Below, in pieces: positions 17,048-26,000 of a stretch of DNA of 50,975 nucleotides (positions are counted from its first letter, which is position 1; each line of letters starts with the position of its first letter). The DNA comes from Methanobacteriota archaeon (GTDB taxonomy: Archaea; Thermoplasmatota; Thermoplasmata; RBG-16-68-12). The notes under the pieces were generated by a model. That model saw nothing but the letters and a program-made list of their open reading frames with translations, did no database searches and had not been told where the DNA came from. The stretch covers positions 1-50,975 of the forward strand of contig VBMG01000040.1 in the NCBI GenBank assembly GCA_005878485.1. Reading direction: 5' to 3'. Made by a program: the position numbers and the translations under genes.

Positions 17048-20000
17048 ATGAGGCCCGCGACGGCGCTGCTGCTCGTCTTCGTGCTCATCGCGACCGCTGG
17101 CCTCGCGGTGGCGGAACAGAAACTGCTGGATCCCTTCGCTGCGTTCCGCGGTCCCGATGGCTCCCTTCACATTCCCGGTTCCGCCCTAACGAACAATCTG
17201 CTCCGGGCGTTGTTCGGACCCAGGCCGGATCCGAACGCTCCGATCCGGCTCGCGGAGCGGGTGCCGTCGCCCTATCCGACCCTTGCAATCCGAATCGTCG
17301 AGATGGAATTTCCACAGCAGCCATCGTTTCGGTTTGTCCTTCGAATTCAGGATATCATTGGTTCGGTCAACCATGGCCTCAGCGCCGCCGCAAATGCGAT
17401 CACCGCGATAGGCCGCGCTGCGATCGCTGCTTTCTTCAATTTCCTGACGTCGGATGCGGCTGCCGCCGTGAACGTGGACACGACAACGGTTGCGGACGTG
17501 TTCCCTGCCGCCACCACCTGCACGACATCGCAGTCCGCGACGGCTGCGGATAACGGCGTTCTCGTGATGCTATCGGAACGTGGGACGACCACGTTCGCCT
17601 CCGTCACGTATGGATCGACAAGCCTCACCTTGGTCGCAGGCACAGCGGCGAACGGTGGGACTGTTGTACGAACGGAAATCTGGGGGTTCACGGGGACCCT
17701 TCCCGGAGGGCTTCAGACGATGACGGCGACCCTCTCGGGAGGCCAGACGGCGAAGATGAGCTGTGCGACGATCCTGCTACAGGGCGTGAGCCCGACTGGC
17801 TCGTTCATCCGGGGGACGAACAATGCCGCGAATTCGACGAACGCAAGCGTCACGCTTCTGGGGACGGTAGCGGTCGGAAATCTCGCCTTCGCCGTCGCCG
17901 TGCTCCAGCAGACCAACGGCGGGGCTCAGCCGACGGCGGTCACCGGTACAGGAGCTACGGCTACGGACCTGTACGGGGTCGCGGTCGGCCACTGCACGAC
18001 AGGGGCCTCCGCTGCATCGAACGAATGTGCCGCCGGGTCGGATATCCCGAACCCGGGCACCGCAATCACTTGGACGAACGCGGCCACGCAGTGGGTGGTC
18101 TCCGCCGTCGAGGTCGTGGCAGCTCCGCCGTGCGGAAACGGGAGCGGATTGTGCTACCGGATTGGGAACGGCGGCGCCTGGAATAGCGCCTCCAACTGGT
18201 CGAACTCCTCCGGAGGAGCCCCGTGCAGCTGCACTCCCGCGGCGACCGATGTCGCCGTCTTCAACGCGAATCCGACTGGAACGGTTACGCTGGCCGCAGC
18301 GACGACAATCGGCGGCATCGACATGACCGGATTCACGGGGACGCTCGACACGACCGCAGCGAACAGTTGGGCACTAACCGTGAACGGCAACTTCCTAGTC
18401 CAAGGGACATTCCTGGCTGAGAATTCGGCAGTGTCCGTCAGCGGCAACGTCGGCATCGTCTCCGCGGGAACGATCGTCAATCTCGGCGGATCGACGTGGA
18501 CCGTGAATGGGACCTGGACGAACGCTTCGACCTCATCGTCCTGGGTTGCGGGGACGAGCACGGTGACGATTGCCGATGCCGGAAATGCGACCCTAACCTT
18601 CGCCGCACTCACCGGGGGGACGAACGAGTTCAATAACATGACTCTCGACTCGATCGCAATTGGCGGTGCCGTGTATACGATGGCCATCAATGCGGTCCGC
18701 ATCGGAGCGGTCTTGACCGTCCGAAATTCAACGGCCGGCGCCACCGGCCCAACGATTTTGGACACATCGGGCTCCAACCTCGCGGTTACCGCTGGCAGTC
18801 TCGCCCTTTCCCTGCTCGGGAGTGTATCGGCAAACGGGTCTACGGTAACGATCAATGGGAACGTGACTGTCGGGGCGGCGGGCGCCTACTCGACCATGGG
18901 GACCTCCGTGTGGACCGTCACGGGCACGTGGACGAACGCCTCGACGTCCGCATCCTGGAGTGCCGGGACGAGCACGGTCACGTTCACCAGCGCGACGGGC
19001 GGGACAATGACGTTCGCGGGTTCGAACCTCGCCGGGAGCGAGTTCTACAACGTCGCATTTGCGTCTTCGGCGGCCTCCGCACAGACGTTCACGATGTCGA
19101 CGCGGGGATTGAATTGGGGCGGAACCCTCACCGTCTCGGATGCCTCGTCCTCGACCCAACTGGCCACGGCGAACCTGTCCCTAACCGGCGGAGGCCTGGT
19201 CATCGGCAACGGGGGCATCTTGACGGCCAACGCTTCGTCGGCATCCGTCTCGAGTGTGTCGATGACGGGAGGCACGAGCGGCACAATCACCTTGACCACG
19301 GGTACCGTCACTGACTCCGGAAACTGGGACACGAGCGGGGCCGGTTCGGTCTTCACGAAGGGGACCAGCACGGTCACGATGACGGGCGTGAGCAACATCG
19401 CGGTGCGAAATGCGAGCAACAACTTCAACAACCTGACCATCTCCACCGCCGGTGCCGTCACCCAGACGGGCCTCGTGGATGTGTCCGGGACGCTCGGTGT
19501 GAATGCGGGCGCGACCCTGGCGACCGGCACACAAACGCTCACCGTCGGCGTTCTCGCGGCAAACATGGCCGGGGGGATCACGGCGGGCCCCTCGGGCACG
19601 AAGACGATTGGGGGAAACGTGAGTATCGCCGCGGCGGGCTTCTTCAATTTCGGCGGGGCAACCTGGAATTTCAGCGGCGCCTGGACGAACGCCTCGACGA
19701 GCGCGTCGTGGGCACCGGGTACCGGGAACGTGGTGTTCCGCGATGCGGCAAGTCAGACGATGACGTTCAAAGCGTCCGGGACAGAGTTCCCGAATCTGAC
19801 GCTCGACACGACCGCCGTCGCAGGGATCACGTACACGATGGCAACGAATCCGCTCAATTCCGGAGGCACGCTCACGATCCAGAACAGCGTGGTCGGTCCC
19901 ACCGGGAACACGATCCTCACGACCGGCGCGAGCGGCCTCGGGATCACGGCGGCGGGCATCACGATTGGCATCAACGGAACGCTGACCGCGAGTTCCTCGA

Positions 20001-23000
20001 CGATTACAGACAACGGCAACTGGACCTCGACCGCGACGAATGCGACGCTGAACAAAGGCACGTCCACGGTCATCTTCGGAGCCATGGGGACGATCACGCT
20101 TGCCGCCGGACAGAGTTTCAACAACATGACCCAGGGCGCTGGGACGAGCACGTTGGGCGCCGCGCTCACCGTCACCGGCTTGCTCACGGTCAACGGCACG
20201 CTCAGCACGAGCGCGAGCAACTTCGCGCTCACGGCCCAAGGCGGGCTTACTGTGGGCGGCTCCGTGGTCGCGGGGACGTCCACTGTCGCGGTCACCGGGA
20301 GCGTGAACATCAGCGTAGCTGCAGGCTTCATTACCTCGTCCGCAGTCGGTTCCTGGACGGTGACGAACGGCAACTGGACGAACGCCTCGACCTCCGCCTC
20401 GTGGAACTTCGCCGCGCCCATCACGTTCACCTCGAGCGTCGCGCGAACGATGACCTTCGCCGGCGCGAACCTGAGCGGCAATGAGTTTGCCGGCACGGTC
20501 ACGTTCGACTCGAGCGTCGCGGCCGGAGTCACGTACACGATGGCAAGCCGAGGACTCGTCCTAGGCGGTTCGGTGCTGATCCGGAACACAGCGGGTGGAG
20601 CGACGGGCTACACCGTCCTGGATTCCTCGCCCTCCAACCTCTCGCTCACCGTTGGATCGCTCAGCCTCGCAAGCTTTGGAGCCATTAACACGCGACTCTC
20701 GACGGTTGCGGTGGGTGGGAGCGTCACCATGGGCGCCCCGAACACCTACGTGACGAACGCAGGCGGATCGTGGACGGTCAGCGGTCCCTGGACGAACGCG
20801 TCGACGTCCGCTTCTTGGAGCTTCGCGGCGCCGATCATGTTCAATTCGTCCGCCTCGCAGACGATGACGTTCGCGAGTCTGACCCAGGAGTTCACGGGCA
20901 ACGTCACGTTTAATTCCGGCGCGGCCACGGTGACCTACACGATGGCCTCGAACGCGCTCACCACCGGCGGGACGCTCACCGTCTCCGGCGGCGCCGGGAC
21001 CACGACCCTGAGCACGAGCAGCTCCAATCTTCCGATTTCTGCTGTCGCACTGAACGTGGGCGCCGGCGGCAGTCTGGCCGCCAACGGGTCGCTCATCACC
21101 GTCACATCGGTGGACACGCATCTCGGCACGTTTGCGGTTGGGACATCCACCGTCGTCATCGGTGCCTCGGGCGGCACGGTCAACGTTCCTCAGACCTTGT
21201 ACAACCTAACGGTCAATTCGGGCATCAACACGACGTTCGTCTCGAACCTGGCTTGGTCTGCGATCCTCACACTGACGGGCGCCGTACCAACCCTCAACGG
21301 CAACCTCTCCTCCGTCGGACCGGCGACCCTTACCATGACGTCGTCGACGACATCGATCGCGGGGTCGTGGAACACGTCCTCGACCGTGGCTCTCGCATCG
21401 ACCGGCTCTTCGGTCACGTTCACGGGCGCGGCCCAGACGATCACGCTTGGGGTGAGCCAGCAATTCAATTCCTTGACGATTGCCGGGAGCATCTCCGTCG
21501 CGTCGAACCTCACCGCCACGAGCCTCACCGTGAACGTCGGGAGCACGTTGACGAAGACGGGTCACACCATCGTCTTCAACAGCCTCACGGTCAACGGGAC
21601 GATCGCCGACGGATCCGTCAACGTCTCGAACCTGACCGTGACGAACAGCGATGGGACGGCCCTCGTGACGATCTCCGTCTTCAGCGGATGGACAACGGGG
21701 TCTTCCTACGCGTGGACGCATACGTCGAACGAGGCGTCGCAGACGATCACATGGACGATCGGAGGGAACGTCGTCGGAAATCAGTTCAACGTGACGAAGA
21801 ACGGGTCGCCCTTCGCGAGCGGCACGGTCAGTGGCTCCGGCCAAGTCGTCTTCACGATGTTAGGTTCGGATCCGACTATGCAGGTGAGTCTCGGCGCGCC
21901 GTGTGCGGCCAACCGGTATTGGGTCCAAGGGAACGGCAACTGGAATGACACGAACCATTGGTCCGGCTTTTCCGGCGGAGGCTTCGGTTGTTCGGTTCCC
22001 GGGTCCTCGAACGCTGTCTTCTTCGACGGCAGTTCCGGGTCGGCCACGGTCACGATCAACGCCAATGCCTCCATGGCATCCCTGAACACAACGGGATTCA
22101 GCGGCACAATTGCGATTGGAGTCTACGACGTCTCGATTGGCGGCAATGTCATTCAGGCGGGCGGGACAATCACGATTGGCGCGTCGAACGGAAATGGGCT
22201 CGCGGTCAACGGCTCGCTGACCCTTTCCGGGACCGCGAGCATCCAGATGAGTGGCGCGTCGAACGGATCCGTATCAGGAAACGTCACCATCTCGTCCCCG
22301 ACCGCGTTCATCGCGTTTGGGAGCGGCACGTGGACCGTGATCGGTTCTTGGAGCAACTCCTCCTCGAGCAACTCATGGGCCGCGGGGACCGGGACCGTGG
22401 TGTTTGCTGCCGGTTCGCCGCAGGTCATGACCTTTGGGAATCTGACAATCTCCGAATTCTACGACATCCAGATCCGTCCTCCGGCCGCAACGACGTTCAC
22501 GATGGCGACGAACGGCCTGCAGTGGAGCGGGACACTCACCCTCAGCAGCAACGCGACCCTCGTGACGGCAAACCTTGCCCTCACGGGAGGGAATCTCATC
22601 GTCGGCAACGGAGCCGCGCTGACCGCGGGGACATCCGCCGTGGGTGTCGCCAACGTCGCGATGACCGGAGGGACCTCCGGAACCATCACGGCTTCGGGCT
22701 CGTGGACCGTGTCCGGAAACTGGGACACGTCCGGCGCAGGCTCTGCATTCGTCGGTACCTCAGCAACGGTGCTCCTGACCGGAAACGGCGTCACGGTTCG
22801 CATCCTAGACGCCGCGAATGGCTTCGGCACCCTCACAATCACGGGCTCGGTCTCGGCGGCATCTGCAATCGTCGTAGCGGCCCTCCTGACGGTGAACGGC
22901 ACCTTCGATACGACCGCGGCCAACTACGCCCTCACGATGGGCGGCGGGCTGACGCTCGGCGGAGCCAACGCGACCCTCCGGACGCAGGCCTCGAATGTCT

Positions 23001-26000
23001 CCATCACGGGCAACGTGACTGTCGCGAACGCCTCCGGGGTCATCGGGTCGGCGAGCGGCGGCTCGTGGATCGTTTCGGGCTCGTGGACGAACGCGTCCTC
23101 GTCCGCATCTTGGAGCTTCTCGGCCCCGATTACATTCAACTCGTCGTCGGCTCGGAGCATGATGTTCGCGGCCCTTCCGTCCGGCAACGCCGAGTTCGTC
23201 GACGTGACATTCGACGGCGGCGCATCGACGGTCACGTACACGATGGCGGCAAACACCCTTGTCTGGTCCGGCACTCTGCGCGTCCAAGGCGGGAGCGGGA
23301 CCACGACTCTCGTTACCGCCAATCTTGGGCTCGCCGGTGGCTCTCTAACAATTGGCAACGCCGGCATCCTGATGGCCTCCGGCTCACCCGTGATCGTATC
23401 CAACGTCACGGTGACGGGCGGCAGCTCTGGAGTGATCATCGTGACGAGTGGGAGCTGGACCGTACTCGGTAACTGGGACAGCTCCGGCGTGGGCTCCATA
23501 TTGACCGCGGGAACCTCGACGATGACCTTTGCCGGGACATCCAAGACGATTTCCCTTGCGCCTGTCCAAGCGTTCAACCGCGTCACGATTGCCGGGACGA
23601 CCTCGATGTCGTCCACATTGACGGCTGCGACACTGACGGTGAATAGCGGCGCGATCCTGACGAAGACCGGCCACGGCATCGTCTTCAACGCGTTGACCGT
23701 GAACGGGACGATCGCGGACGGATCCGTGAACGTCTCGAACCTCACGGTGACGAACAGCGACGGGACGGCCCTCGTCACCATCTCCCTCTTCAGCGGATGG
23801 TCAACCGGATCCTCGTATGCGTGGACGCACACCTCGAGCGAGACGACGCAGACGATCACGTGGACGATCGGAGGGAACACGGCCGGGAATCTGTTCAACG
23901 CAACGAAGGACGGGTCGTCCTTCGCGAGTGGCGCGGTCAATGGGTCCGGACAAGTCGTCTTCACGATGCTCGGGTCGGATCCGGACATGAAGGTGACCGT
24001 GACTCCGCCGCCCATCCCGGCGTGGTGGCAGTCTCCCTACGTGCTCGCCGTTCCGCCGATCGGCGTGTTTCTGGTGGTAGCCATGTTTGCGCAGCGCGCG
24101 CGCTGGAGGCCCGCGAAGGCCTTCCTTGTGGACGAACGCGGTCGAATGCTCAGGGAATTCACCCTGGACCCGTCCTGTCAGGTCACGTACGACCAGGCAG
24201 TGGGGGCGGGCGTGCTCGACGCGGTCGAGAAGCCCATCAAGGTCGCGAAGTACCACGGCCAGACGGTCCGCGGGGACGCCCTCGCTGTCGTCCTTCTCGC
24301 CTACGGGCCAGTCACCGCGGAACAGGTCGGATTCGCACGGGAGATGCTCGTCCAGGTCCAAGATAAATTCGAGGACGCCGTCAAGCAGCGGCTCGAGGAG
24401 GTCCGGAGCCAGGAGGCCACCCTCCAGGCCGAGGCAAAGAGCGTCGAGGAACGGCAACACGCCCTCGAAATCCGAGCGAGCGAAATCGAATCGACGATGA
24501 AGCAGATTGAAGCCGCGCAATTGAACGTCGCCAGCGACAAGGCGGGCCTGGAAGCAACGGAGGGAGACCTGAAGCGCCGGGAGGCGGAGTTAGCGGAGAG
24601 CCGCCGGTCGACCGACGAACTCGCGCGGCAACTCGAGGAGAAGCAGAAATCGCTCGAGACGCGCGCAGTGGAAATTGCGGCCCAGAGCGATGCGGTCGAC
24701 GCGAGGACGGAGGCTATCCGGGCGCGCGAAGAGACCGCCACCGCGCTCGATGCGGAACTGCGGCGGAGAAACGAGGCAGTCACGAGCCAGGAGACCAGTC
24801 TGAAAAACGAGGCGGACCGGGTGGCGGCCCAGGACTCGTCCGTCCGAGCACGGCTCGAGGAGGCGGAGCGACGCGAGGCGGGAGTTCGAGATGGTGAAAC
24901 GGCCTTCGCGGCGAACCGCGAGAAGTTCGAGGCCGACCAGAAGGAGCTGATGGAATTCAAACGATCAATCGAAAATCGGGTCGCCGAGGTCGATGCGGCA
25001 GAACAGTCGCTCGCGAACAGGGAGAAAACGCTGGACGCTCGCGAGGCGCGGATCACCCCCGTCGAGGCCGACCTCACGCGCCGTGAAGGCGCGACCACGC
25101 AACTCGAGGAGGACCTGGCCGGCCGAAAGGTCCTCATGCAAGCCGCGAGGAAGGAAATCGCCGAACGCAGCACCGATCTGGAAACCAGGGAAGCGGCTCT
25201 CGCTCGCGGAACCGAACAGGTTGAGACGGCTCGACGGTCCCTCGAGACCGAACGCCGCACGATCGAAGAGGTTCAGCAACAGGCCCGACAGGCGTTCGAG
25301 GCGGCACAGAGCCTCGAGGCCGCCACGTTGGCGAGGTCGAAAGACCTCGACCTTCGGGAGACCCGAATCGCGCCCGCCGAGCGACAACTCGACGAGCGGA
25401 CGAAGGAACTCGACGCGAGGCAAGCGGATTTGGCGTCTCGGGACGAACAGCTGGCGGCGAGAGCCCAATCCTTGGACACAGCGACGCAGGAACTCGGAGC
25501 CCGGGATCAGAGTCTGCAAGAAGATCAGGTGGTCCTCGGAGAGGCCCGGGCCGCCTTTGAGGCCGATCGACGAGAACTTCAAGACGAGGTCGCCCGGCAC
25601 GAGTCGGAAGTCCGTCGACGCAAGGCCGACCTAGACGCCCAGGCCAAGACCTTGGGTGAGGATCAACTCCGCATGGCCCAAGACCGGGAGGCCTTCGATG
25701 CATCGCAGGCGGAGAAGAATCAGGCAATCCTTTCCCGAGAAATCGAGCTCGAGGCGCGGGAACAATCCCTCCGGGAGAAGGAAGGGGCCGTGCGGGGGCA
25801 AGCCGAAGAGAACGCGCGACGGCTCACGGAGCTGGCTGCTCGAGAGGAATCTTTGGAAATCGAGGGTGCGAAGCTCGACAAGGCCCGCGCGGAACTTGAC
25901 GCGCGGAAAGTCGGCCTCGCCGACGTCGCGAAGGAACTCGATGGAAAGGCGGCCCGACTCCGGGAGGAGGAAGCGAAGCGGGCTGAAGAACTCCGCACCT

